64,000 nt of DNA from Macrostomum lignano (Eukaryota), in the NCBI GenBank assembly GCA_002269645.1, contig NIVC01003780.1, positions 1-64,000 of the forward strand. Direction: 5' to 3'. The position numbers and the translations under genes are program-made. The notes under the pieces were generated by a model, which was given only the letters and a program-made list of their open reading frames with translations, ran no database searches and had not been told where the DNA came from. Positions 38,936 through 54,646 of this stretch are shown here, in pieces (the first letter of the stretch is position 1; the number at the start of each line of letters is the position of its first letter).

Positions 38936-40627
38936 ACTCTAACTGTCATTATGCCTAGCCGCCTTTGGTGAACAGATTTGCGAAACTTAATACTTTAAAA
39001 AACTTTTCTAGTTTACTTTTCAAAATACAGTTTTGTAAACAGTTTTTAATGCAGCTACATCAGAATGGGGGGTTTTTTAACTAACTGGCATCAAATTAAC
39101 AGAAAGAAACGGTTGGTAATGCAATATGGCAAAACGGAAATTTCGATGAGCAAAAGTTACTATAGTTACTCTGATTTTAGAGAAATTTGTTCAACACTTA
39201 TTCTTGCAGAAGCAATTTGCTCTTAAGATGTGCCGTTCCCTCCCCTCCAAGACACCCGGATTGGGATGAAATTAGAAATATTGCCATGAAATTTATATAA
39301 TTGCCGTAATTGTAATTTTATTTCCACAAAAATTAATTAAATTGCAATTTTACTCAAATGTTATACTTTCTACTTACAGTAGAATACTTTAAATATTAAA
39401 TTGGACGAATTGCAATTTGATTGTGAATTTTTACTTTCTAAATTTTGTGTTAGCTATAAAAGAAATGAGCCAATGACTATATATGTATGATAGCCTAATT
39501 TTGTAAAGATTTGTTTTAGCAACATTTTTAAGGAAAATGTTTATAATTTAGTTTATATCGCATGCTTGTCGAGATTGCAATTTAATTATAATTTGCTATA
39601 ATTTTTGCAATGGAATTTTATTGTATTTTGCTGTGTTTGCTACTTCATTACGCCTTTATGTTTTTGTGTTCATGCTTTTGTAAATACTATATGCTCTCTG
39701 TATGTAAATTATAAATAAAAATTAAATAGTAAAAATGTTTAAATAGGGAATTGCCCAATAGTGCCACAATAATTCACCCAATAATAAAATGCAGAGAAAA
39801 ATTTTCTTTTGTTTATATTACTTTTTTCTTCAGGTAACTTCCCGAGTTCCCGAGTCTTAAAATTTTGATTATGTATGCACCATAGAGGTACTGCACGCGC
39901 ATTGCGTGCTATAGACATTCATCTTCGATGCCTTATCAGATCTTGACTAATCTTGTATCTTCTTGGAAGATATGGCCTCAAGAACTTGCATGATCCTGTG
40001 TCATCTTAGCAGATCTGGCCCGAAGATCTTGCATGATCTGTTCAGAAGATCTGGTAAGAATTGACTATGTATTTCAATGGCGAAGATCTGCTGAGCTCTT
40101 GCAAGAACTTAGGGCGCAGTTCAAGTCAGATCTTGTAAGAAACCCCAAGCCAATGTCATCTAGGGTAGTATAGATTCTAGGACAATTCGCAGAAAAAGAA
40201 TAAAAATGCCATTAGCCTGCTGTCAGTAGGCTAGTAAGTTTAGAGCCCATGTGCTAGCGTGGGATTTGGGAAAAAGTGCGTCCTCATCATTAGAATAAAA
40301 CAACGCGTACTACCATACGTTCGTCCCAGAGTTCGACCGGTAAAACTACAGGACGAGGTTTTCTACAAGCTGTGTACGCATTTTGGCTTCAGAGGGCGTG
40401 AGTGGCTTCGCCAACTGACGAAGGACGCTATTGTCTTCTCCGAGGAGGCTGGGACTGAGTGTATTGATTTGGTATTGGCTGGTAAAGAGAAGACAACCAA
40501 CGCTGCTGACCCATGTACAGGAAAGCAGATTAAGATGTACGCCACTAATAACCCATTAACTTGTCCTGTTGCTGCCGTGCGCAAGTATATCAGCTTGTTG
40601 CCCCCTAGTGTGAGTGATTTGTTTCCA

Positions 40628-43600
40628 CCCAGTGGCAAAGCCGAGCTCGGCCCGAGCTCGGTCCGCCGAGATCGGGCCGAGCTCGGCGGGTTGACGGCGG
40701 TTCTAGCTCGGGCCGACGACCTCGGGCCGAGGTCGGCTGACCGCGGTAATGCCGAGTAGCTTTGCACTATACTTTCTATTTAGCTTATTATAAAGCTTAT
40801 ATTGCTTCTTGCAGATTGATTACATGTAGGTGCCACTTTCACTTTCTATAGAATTTTACTGTACATGTACAATTCGGTATTACATGAAAAAGAAAAGGTG
40901 AATGGGAAAACGACATGACACGAATTGAAACCATCGAGTTAAAGATCCCATGTCATTCCTAGCATGTTAGTGCATTGCAGTGGTAATGTACGCTCGTATA
41001 TGAGCCTAGTTATGGTGAGCCTTTAGTATAACTAGTTAATTGATTTCCCCTCGGAATTAGATACATATCCACCAGACTCAGTTCTCTGACCCAACAAATA
41101 TACAACCAACAGCCATGTTCAGGATTAAATGATTGTGAAATAAGACAACGATTTAGAAGTTAAAATAATTGAATTAAAAGAACACCGCAACAGTAAATCC
41201 ACCACAAGCACACTTGTGTATTATCAAATGCTAATAATGATACAAGATTAACTTTCAAACCAATAAGCAAGAAAACAGAGAAAAAGTAGCTAAACAGCTG
41301 AAAACAGAGGTTGAGTTAAGGGTTGCGATACGGATTTGGTTGAGCATTTATTAACATTATAAACTGTAAAGACTTCACTTTAGATTGTAGAACGAGACGC
41401 TTGATACGAGGAAAGCGACTGCAATTTATATTGTAAATATTGAGCACGATACATTGGGTGTAAGAGGCTTAAGGGTGGAGAGCAAGAGCGGCCAGAATGC
41501 AGAGCGCACATAAGAATGTACAGCGAAATATCGCAGAAGGGAGTACGCAGCGAAACTGGTAAAACACCACCTCAAAACACGGAGTAAAAACAAGCTAACA
41601 AAACAAACAACAATTCGCCCAGCCAAGTCACCACACTCCTCCCCACAAAGATTAAGCGTTAGATAAAAACGGGAATAAAAGACGCAAATCAGTTTACAGT
41701 CCATAGAGGAACAGTCCATAGTCACTGGTAGCGCAGCCGGTCAGCTTAAGCTCTTGCCCTGGTCGAACGTCAAAGTGGCGCCGCAGAGCTCAACTCTGGC
41801 GCCTGGCCAGGCGTCTCCGCAGGGGCCTCTGGTTGATCGTCAGACACCTCGGCACATAGCGGTTGCTCAACTTTGGAAGGCGCCGCAGGCACTTGATTGG
41901 TGTGCCGATGGACCTCTCGACCATCGTCAAACTGGCAAGAGACACAGCCCTGGAGCAGTCGGTCAGAACAGCAGGCTTCCAGCTGCCATCAGCAGCAAAG
42001 TCCCTCGCAACGACTGCGTTGCCCATCTCAATGTGGTGGTCATGGGCATGGGTGTCGTGCTGCTGCTTCTGGATCGCTTGTGGGTAGCCTTAGAATCTCG
42101 CCCCATTTTCTCAAAGTGTTGTATCTAGAACATCAAGGGGGTTAGAATTGAAGCCATATGATGAAAAAGTAAAAAAATTGGAATCAAATACATAAATGGA
42201 AAACACAAAACTGATACCCAAATCTGGCCTGCAGTGCAAAACTGATGCCAAATATGGCATAGGGCCCTAGTATATAAAAATAGCATCAATATCTAGTCTA
42301 TGGTGCAAAAATAAAGTAAAAACCTATAATAGTAAAATAAGTATACTATAGTTGTACTAAAAAGTCATTAGAAAAACAATATAGTATAATATGAATACTA
42401 TGAATCTATTCAAAAGAGTAAAAAATTGGCATATAAAGCAAAATTACATTAAATTGCCTGCCATAAAATGCACAATTGGCATTATATCCTGGCCCATAGT
42501 ACATAAACAATGTCTTAAATTAACTGATAGTATGTAATTCATGATGGCATTGCCATAGACAAATAAAAAAATAAGAAGCTAGACCTAATATAGTAGGGAT
42601 AAAAATATCATAGGAGCCTAAAAATCTGGCTTTATTTAGGCCATTTTAGACTTTTCAAATCACAGGATTTATGACCTAAGCTAGATATCATTCCTACAGT
42701 TAAGTTATGGTAACTCCTATTGCAATCCTATACTTTTCAACATTTTATCATGAAAATATGCTTTTTGTAGATAAATTGTTTAGTAAAATTTCCATTTAAG
42801 AATCTTGAGCTAAGTCCAGGATTTGGGACGCGACAAGAAATTCTTCTCCTCGGATTTATTCACTTTTAACTCCTAGATAACTATTTGATGGCCATTCTGA
42901 AAATAGCTGGTGAATTGCCATCGTAATATGTCTAATTATCATTAATGAAAACATATTTCATACGCCTATTCATAAATTGTAAGCAAATCTTCATTAAACC
43001 CAAAAAAGCAAGTTTACATTGCATTACAGTGTAGCTATAGTTCAATTAGTTACGGCTTAACTGTAAGACTAAGTATGTCTCTGGAATTTTTGCCGAAACA
43101 TCTAAATGCTTCCAAAGAACGTGTAATAAAAATAATAACTAAGAAGCTAAATGAATTGCCACGTTAAAAAGAGCTAGACACTGTAATACAATTGACTTGA
43201 CCTGCACGGGAGCAATATATTCAAATGAATGGCAAAAAATGAGCAATAATTACGCCTTAAGTAAATTCTAAAGCAGTTAATTATTTATTTATATTTTTAC
43301 TAACGAAGCTATGTTCTTTTATCTGGTAAATTACTCATATATATAATTGTTAAAATCCAGTACTTCGAATTTTCCGTACCTATAACGCATGCACTTCATG
43401 GTCGTCTCGAAGGAGAATAAATCCATAAAAGTCAAATCACCTACTCAACGAGGAAACTAATTCAGTAAAAACACAATTAGTATGTGTAAAAAGCACATTA
43501 CACCACTTTGGTGGATCAAAAGTGCTGTATGATTGCGTTGTTTTTGTTTATTGCAAAAGAGTCACTTTTTCAGTGTAAATTATTCATCTATATTTATGCG

Positions 43601-43804
43601 GGTTTTTTTTTTAATCATATTGAATTCATTAGCGTAGGTAAATTCTGCTTAATTGATTAAAACTTTTAATCGGTTAACGGCGCGGCACCCCGAGGTTCTA
43701 CCGAGTTCGGGCCGACGTCGGCTGGCCGACTTTAGTATGGCCGATCGAATGCCGAGTGGCCGACGTCGGCCCGAGCTCGGACCGAGCTCAGCTTTGCCAC
43801 TGGG
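40628..43804 (+). mobile_element. CACTA/EnSpm-type element, family 2, monomer (3177 bp)
   Basis: CCCAGTGGCAAAG...CTTTGCCACTGGG with a perfect 2-bp TSD CA (40626-27, 43805-06). Colinear with each half of 25609-34582 but diverged from it. Confidence 0.93.
41365..42140 (-). mobile_element. Captured Gypsy 3' end, third copy (LTR 41365-41635)
   Basis: Same polypurine tract and 271-bp TGT...ACA LTR; frameshifted integrase tail (ORF 41790-42026). Confidence 0.85.
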
Positions 43805-44631
43805 CAAGACCTCTGTTAAAGTTCTCCTCGGTACAGTGGTTCAGTGCAACGCAAGTGCTCGGTAAAAACACCCTGAACGACATGATGGCTCGGATTTCTA
43901 CAAGAGCGAATCTATCACAGACCTACACCAATCATTGTCTTCGTGCTACGGTTGTCACGACACTAGCAAACAAGGGCATTTCTGCTGGCGACATTCAATG
44001 TGTTACCGTTCACAAGAGGCCAGAGTCGGTTCAGAGGTACACAAAGCGGATCTCGCCAGGGAAGAAGCGTCAACTGTCCGATGCTCTGACAATGGATTCT
44101 TCGCCGCCTGGTCCAATCGTTAAACGAGTCACGAGCGACGTCCCACTCCAATCGCCTGATTTTAGCGTTGAGCGTGGCGACCCAAAAGTATCTGATACTG
44201 ACTGCGAACAAAGGGACTTTAATGGAGTTCTGCCGACTGCAGTGCTTGAGAAAAATGGATCCCGTGTTCTATTTTTCCTATAAGTGAGTACCTCTGAACG
44301 CCATGTACTGTAAAGACGGCGTGGGTTGCACCACATGACTATATTAAATCGTTACTGTTGTCCTCTTTGTAATGTTGCACTTTTAACGTTTTAAATAAAA
44401 TCGTTTCAGCTTCGTCTATGGCCCAGCCCGATATCGGGCAGAGAATGGGCCATTTCTTAAGCAGTTTTGCCCGCAAAATCAAGCAGGAATTACAAAAAAT
44501 CGCGTAATTTTGCTATACGTACGTGTCTATGGCTGCAATTACTGCGATTTCGTCTTTCCTCATAATTAATGCTTCCATAATTAGTTTGAATTTCAAAGAT
44601 TGACTCTCGCAACAATTGATTACTTGTAAGC

Positions 44632-48790
<4,159 letters not shown>

Positions 48791-49671
48791 AGGCAGCTGA
48801 GCGAGCTAAATATGATTGGTTAACTTTTTCGTTTTAAAACGCGGCATTCCAATTCAGATGAATGTATGGTTCACTCAGTGGATTGCATCTACTTGTTCAT
48901 TTTTCCCGCTTATACTCGTAGTCGCAACTTGAGTCAAGTGGTATTTGGTAAACTATATTACAAACTGTATTGAAACCAATGTTTTTTTCATACATACATG
49001 CAAAAAGTAGCGGACACCAAAAATGCTCGTGTAAACGTTGAATGTTCTACTTTCTTTGTTACCGCTAATTACGCTTACGAGCTAAATGAGGCAAACTTGG
49101 CCCATGACTCTAAAACAGATTAGGAATTATCAAAAGGGTTTTAAAGAGCTCCAAGACTCATTGAATAGGTTTGATATGCTTACATAAGAGTACGCGATGA
49201 AATTTATGATTACTATACGTTTTTGCGTTCAATTTGGAGCGACACACGCAGCGGAAACAAGCCAAGCTGAAAGGCATAGTTTGCCATAGACATGTGCAGA
49301 TAACCAGCAAGCAACCAATTTGGTCTAAACTGCGTTCTATTTGGGCTATCTAAAGATTCTCCAAAGGTCCACCAAGCTGATTGTGCCATGTCTCAACATT
49401 TCTCTTGCAGGAGCTGTTCTTGTGCAAAACCAAATTGAACGCAGCTATTTCCAAATTGCTTTCTGCTAAGTCTATGGCCAAACCCTAAGGGGCTGACACC
49501 ACAGAACTTACAGTTCACAGAACTTACCCAGAATGCTCAATCAGCGAATTTATGAAATTAAACTGCGTAGAGTTAGAGATACGCACAAACTACTAATCCG
49601 ATGAAGAAGCATAAGTAGCCATAGACTATTACTCAAACTCAAATGTGTAGCACAAGACCGCCTGAATTATA

Positions 49672-50564
49672 TTTTTTTGCGATTGAATTCGTCCAAACTG
49701 CAAAACCTTTCGTCCACCATTGTCGGCTGATTTTCCATGCAAGAATGGCATTCTTGCACTCTTTTGCGTGCAGGAATGGATGTCTATGGTAAAATCTCAC
49801 TGAAAAAGCATTAGGCGCAGAAATGCATTCCTGCACGGTTTTGTGCATTCCTGCACGATGAATCATCCGACAATGGAATTCCTTCACGTTCACTCGTGCG
49901 GGAATATATCAATGCTTTCTTAATGGGAGCTTAATTTAGATCATACCACAGACAACTGTGTTCACGCAAAACGGTTCATCCAGTTTGTAAACCATTTCGT
50001 CCCCTAGACTAGAGACCGAGTGTACTGTTCCTACCATAGTTAACACCCAATTGACAGTTCGCTTTTGCTACCACTACAGCTACAGCAACGCATATCTTCC
50101 ATTCTGAACCCGGCAAAACAGTCGAAGATGAACCGAGGCCCCTAGCTCTCTAATCGGCAAGCTGCTGCTGCTGCGAACCTGACTCTGCATGCCTGGCGGA
50201 TGCACATTTTGAAGAGAGAGGTCGAAGCTGCACTGCACGTGATTACACAGGAGAAGTGCCAGCAATGGACCAATCACACTGTGGGTTACTACGGCCGCTG
50301 TTTGGACTACGAAGACATTTTGAACTAACATTCTAACAAGAGACACTGTTTTTGCTTTGTTCAATATCTCGTGATATCAAATAAAGTCGCTCCGTTTAGC
50401 TGTTAGCTGTTTGGGCGAAGGGTTTAGACGAAATGTTTTACAAACTGGATGAACCGTTTTGCGTGAACACAGTTGTCTGTGGTATGATCTAAGTTTAGTT
50501 CCCATTAAGAAAGCGTTTGTGGACGAAAGGTTTTGCAGTTTGGACGAATTCAATCGCAAAAAAG
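49672..50564 (+). mobile_element. Tc1/IS630-like deletion derivative with long TIRs
   Basis: TA flanks. TIR of about 145 bp (right copy about 50420-50564; left copy split into 49672-49716 and about 49912-50000). Internal relic ILNP...AALHVITQEKCQQWTNHTVGYYGRCLDYEDI* (about 50100-50330) resembles the C-terminus of DDE_3 transposases. Confidence 0.75.
49717..49876. mobile_element. 160-bp MITE inside the left TIR of the Tc1-like element
   Basis: TIR CCATTGTCGG(C/A)TGATT; no clean TSD. Confidence 0.6.
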
Positions 50565-51142
50565 TAAGTCAGTAAACCAGAAACCAGCAATCGAAACGTA
50601 AAACATGAAACGTAGAAACCAGTTAAACTGGAGAATGAAAAGTTTTGAAGTGATGCAACTCAAAAAGTTGGATAAAAAGCGGACAAGTGTCAATAAAGCA
50701 CTGTCATTAGTTGCCAACCAATGGTGCAGCCGCGGGCGGCAATACAGCGCTGCAAAGCTGATTGCACAACCTACCGAATGGGACTCAATGTGCAGATTGA
50801 GGGCGGGCTGAATCGCTGCAGCAAATTTTCGCTGAAGGTCTTTGCCAACGCCTTTCTGTTGGAAATAGGATTTGTCACTGCCAAGAAAGATTTGCTCCAT
50901 GATCCTGACGGCAGATACCAACTTGTCACTTGGATAAGTCAGACTGGACTCTGCGATGCTCTTCAAATTGATGAAGAGTCTGCAGGAATTATCAGCAGTC
51001 TGCAATTCTGACGTGCATTCGCCGCATGGAGCATCCAAACAAGAAGTCAGATGTCTGCGTAGCAACCAGCCTGCAACATAAGAAAGCTTCTCATCTTCGA
51101 TTCCATTTCCATTTGACTCAAGAAACTCAGAAAAATTAGATT
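50550..51142 (-). pseudogene. P-element/THAP9-like transposase, C-terminal exon only
   Basis: LSYVAGWLLRR...C..C...L...LFINLK...LTYPSDKLVSAVRIMEQIF...YCRPRLHHWL is the characteristic P-transposase C-terminus. It follows a TTTACAG acceptor. No upstream exons found. Confidence 0.75.
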
Positions 51143-51179
51143 CTGTAAATAATAAACGCCGTTTAATACACATTCTGTG

Positions 51180-51265
51180 GTTAGAATGTCCGAGGCTGCA
51201 TTTAATGGTCCCGAGGAGAGCAAAGCGAGCCGAGGACCATTGATTGCAGCCGAGGATATTTTAAC
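51180..51265. repeat. Palindromic element (about 32-bp imperfect arms around a CGAGG...GCCGAGG core)
   Basis: GTTAGAATGTCCGAGGCTGCATTTAATGGTCC pairs imperfectly with GGACCATTGATTGCAGCCGAGGATATTTTAAC. Confidence 0.7.
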
Positions 51266-51505
51266 CATAGACTATGATGAATTAAACGGCGTTTATCATA
51301 TATGAAATTCGATTGCTTATTTTTCGGGGGCATCCCATCTGATTGATAGACACATAGGCTTAGGCCATTTTATTCCGACCATAGACAAATAAAATACGTT
51401 TCTCACGAAGATACAGTCATGAAGCAGCCAGTCAATCAGTGGTGGCAAAATGTAAAAGCCGAATTTAGAGTCGCTTCTTCTTCGAAATAGAATAAAAAAT
51501 ACAAT

Positions 51506-51745
51506 ATGGAAGGCTTAGAAGACGTCAATTTTGACGCTGCTGTCGGAATTGAGTCGACAACTCGAGTTTCTGCTGAGTCCCTGGACGAAGCTGCTCTAGA
51601 AAAAAGAATCAAAGAAAGTTTGCCTGTCGCTACCAGAGCGAAGGAAAAATGGGCAATGAAGTTTTTTAATCTATGGAAAGAGACGCGCGTCAACCGTCAA
51701 TTGGCAGGCGAAGATTCGGGACTTATGGTTCTCAAGCCAACCGAG
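51506..51745 (+). pseudogene. N-terminal fragment of a Crypton-type recombinase
   Basis: LEKRIKESLPVATRAKEKWAMKFFNLWKETR matches the P..T.....WA...F..W...R start typical of Crypton/DUF3504-associated proteins. Similarity is lost after about 80 aa. Confidence 0.55.
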
Positions 51746-52254
51746 GATCTGATGTTCTGCAGAACGTTTCTGTCTCGTCTGGATCATCAGTCTCGTCTGG
51801 TGAATCGTCTGAGCAAACTCGCGCTGTCTTGGCGTCAGCTGGTGAATCGTCTGAGCAAGTCGGCGCCGATCGAGTCACAGACAGGCGTCGTCTAGGTGTC
51901 AAGTCTATTGTCGTTGTATCGTATCATACAATTAGTTGAGTATGCAAAGTTTTGTTGTCGTGTTAGTTGTTGGTTGCTAAATATGCTGGCTTGTTCACTT
52001 CAATTTTTAAATAATGCTCCTGATTTCGAGGAGATTATATCATATAATCTCCTAGTTTTTGTCAAATAATCTCTCCAAAAATTACCATAGACAACACATT
52101 CTCGGCTCAGAATAGTACAAATTTTTAACGATTAAATAAGCAATCGTATTTTATATTAGAATTAGAATTGTTTTTTTAACTCGGCGCGATCTTAAATTGA
52201 ACGCAAAATCCTTCAGAAAAGCCATAGACAATAAAGCGAAGCCAGTGGAAATAT

Positions 52255-53837
52255 ATGGCAGACGGAACTCTTAAATTGAACGCAACCTTTTCTGAACTTG
52301 AACGCAAAAGCTATATTAGAAAAAAAACTATGTCAAGAGAGCAAGAACGTCCGCTGCACCAGCTGCCCGTGTCAAGAATCCGGGCCCTGCGCAAAGAATG
52401 GGGACACCCGTCTCAATTATTGAACTCAACGCATCGCTGGGCTACGATTCTGCTGATAATAATATTTCTTATTTTAGTCGCTTGCTTCTTAACGACCACC
52501 ACCTGCCTCTACCTGGACAGAGGTCTGTTCTGTACGTCCTCTTCGTCGCCATCAGCTGTTGAAGACAGGAGAAAACTGCAATGGTCGGAGTGGACTCAAT
52601 GCTCCAGCAAAAACTACAAGTGCGGAATCGGAGACAGGTTTAGGTGCGTATAGGGGCTGTTGACAAACGAAGACTTTCTCGTTTCCAGAAGACTATTAAT
52701 ATACTCTTACAAGCTGTTGAACCCCGCGGATTTTGAATCCGCTAAATTCCCCAATGCACGGGAATATTTTTGAAGCATTCTTAAATCTGAGGCCATACTC
52801 AAGCAAAAACTTGTTAATAGTTAGGATAGAAGTAAGAAAAATTGGAGTCAATTCGTAAACATTAAAATTTGGATCCTTTGAAAATTCTCTCCTCTCATCT
52901 CTCCACTCTGCTCGCATCTCTCTCTCTCTCCTCTCTCCTCTCTCCTCTCTCCTTTCTCCTTTCTCCTCTCTGCTCTCATCTCTATCTCTCCTCTCTCCTC
53001 TCCTCTCTCCACTCTGCTCTTATCTCTTTCTCCTCTCTCATCTCCTCTCTCCTCTCATCTCTCCACTCTGCTCTTATCTCTTTCTCCTCTCTCATCTCCT
53101 CTCTCCTCTCATCTCTCCACTCTGCTCTTATCTCTTTCTCCTCTCTCCTCTCCTCTCTCCACTCTGCTCTTATCTCTTTCTCCTCTCTCCTCTCCTCTCT
53201 CCACTCTGCTCTCATCTCTCTCCTCTCTCCTCTCATCTCTCCACTCTGCTCTTATCTCTCTCCTCTCTCCTCTCTCCTCTCTCTCTCATCTGGTCTATGC
53301 TCTTTATTCTTTCTCTCCTCTCCTCTCCCCTTTTTCCTCTCATCTCTTTTCCTTCCTCTTACCCCCTCCCTCTCCTCTCCTCTCTTCCCTCTTCTCTCTT
53401 CACTTTACTCTCCTCTCTTCCCTCTCCTATCTCCTCTCTCTCCCTTTTCCCCTAACTTGCGTTCTTAGTATTGAAATGGCGTTTAAATTATCTAAATTGT
53501 CTTTTTTAGATTCAGCGATATGAACAGTAAAGACCCTGATCTGATTGGAATACGAACGATCCAGATCGACCACTGCATCGACAGTAACGATTGCCCACGT
53601 GAGAAGAATTCAGCCATCGGGTTTACATTCTACGAGCGTACCTTGCATAGATAAAATAATTTAATTTCAGAACGAGGTTTCTGGGCACAGTGGATGGAGT
53701 GGTCCAATTGTACATGCGGTCCGTTTGGCCTGCATGTCCGACAGCGAGAGTGTCTCAACACGCAAAATGTAGTCACAGATATCACAAAGTGCGACGGCAT
53801 GTTTCACGAGGTTAAAAAGTGCAGCAGCAGCTGTTAA
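52255..53837 (+). CDS. Type II membrane protein, TM-TSP1x2; join(52255..52643,53510..53598,53671..53837), about 214 aa; paralogue of 44632-48790
   Basis: GT-AG junctions with phases 2 and 1, total 645 nt. TM segment ILLIIIFLILVACFL; LDRGLFC corresponds to LGRGLLC in the paralogue; WSEWTQC and WMEWSNC TSP1 motifs. The first intron lies at the same Arg codon as in the paralogue. Confidence 0.8.
52709..53460 (+). mobile_element. Truncated Helentron-like (HINE) element with CT-rich tract, intronic
   Basis: Shares the ACAAGCTGTTGAA..CCCGCGGATTTTGAA 5' module with 55253 and 59748; lacks the 3' module. Confidence 0.55.
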
Positions 53838-53910
53838 AGTAGGTTTGCACATAGCATGTCCACTTAAAGCAAATACATTAAATTGGAGTTGATATTGATC
53901 AAAAACTTCC

Positions 53911-54646
53911 GCCCCTTGGTGCTAAAGCCCCTTGGTGCTAAAGCCCTTGGTGCTAAAGCCCCTTGGTGCTAAAGCCCCTTGGTGCTAAAGCCCCTTGGTG
54001 CTAAAGCCCCTTGGTGCTAAAGCCCCTTGGTGCTAAAGCCCCTTGGTGCTAAAGCCCCTTGGTGCTAAAGCCCCTTGGTGCTAAAGCCCCTTGGTGCTAA
54101 AGCCCCTTGGTGCTAAAGCCCCTTGGTGCTAAAGCCCCTTGGTGCTAAAGCCCCTTGGTGCTAAAGCCCCTTGGTGCTAAAGCCCCTTGGTGCTAAAGCC
54201 CCTTGGTGCTAAAGCCCCTTGGTGCTAAAGCCCCTTGGTGCTAAAGCCCCTTGGTGCTAAAGCCCCTTGGTGCTAAAGCCCCTTGGTGCTAAAGCCCCTT
54301 GGTGCTAAAGCCCCTTGGTGCTAAAGCCCCTTGGTGCTAAAGCCCCTTGGTGCTAAAGCCCCTTGGTGCTAAAGCCCCTTGGTGCTAAAGCCCCTTGGTG
54401 CTAAAGCCCCTTGGTGCTAAAGCCCCTTGGTGCTAAAGCCCCTTGGTGCTAAAGCCCCTTGGTGCTAAAGCCCCTTGGTGCTAAAGCCCCTTGGTGCTAA
54501 AGCCCCTTGGTGCTAAAGCCCCTTGGTGCTAAAGCCCCTTGGTGCTAAAGCCCCTTGGTGCTAAAGCCCCTTGGTGCTAAAGCCCCTTGGTGCTAAAGCC
54601 CCTTGATGCTAAAGCCCCTTGGTGCTAAAGCCCCTTGATGCTAAAG
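53911..54646. repeat. 16-bp satellite, about 46 nearly perfect copies
   Basis: GCCCCTTGGTGCTAAA; variants occur only at the array edges. Confidence 0.99.

Larger units (their letters stand above)
34680..40165 (+). mobile_element. CACTA/EnSpm-type element, family 3 (5486 bp)
   Basis: 12-bp TIR CCCTAGATGACA and a perfect 2-bp TSD TA (34678-79, 40166-67). AGATCT-centred subterminal repeats cluster at both ends (about 34710-34990 and 39935-40140). Confidence 0.8.
40330..44283 (+). pseudogene. Crypton-type tyrosine recombinase (DUF3504-like), split by a CACTA insertion
   Basis: The 5' part reads LQDEVFYKLCTHFGFRGREWLRQLTKD...KEKT...CPVAAVRKYISLLP...DLFP. The 3' part reads RPL...WFS..VLGKNTLNDMM.RIS..A.LS..YTNHCLRAT.VT.L....I...DIQCVTVHKRPESVQRY. 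Removing 40628-43804 and one CA gives in-frame LFP-RPL. Confidence 0.88.
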
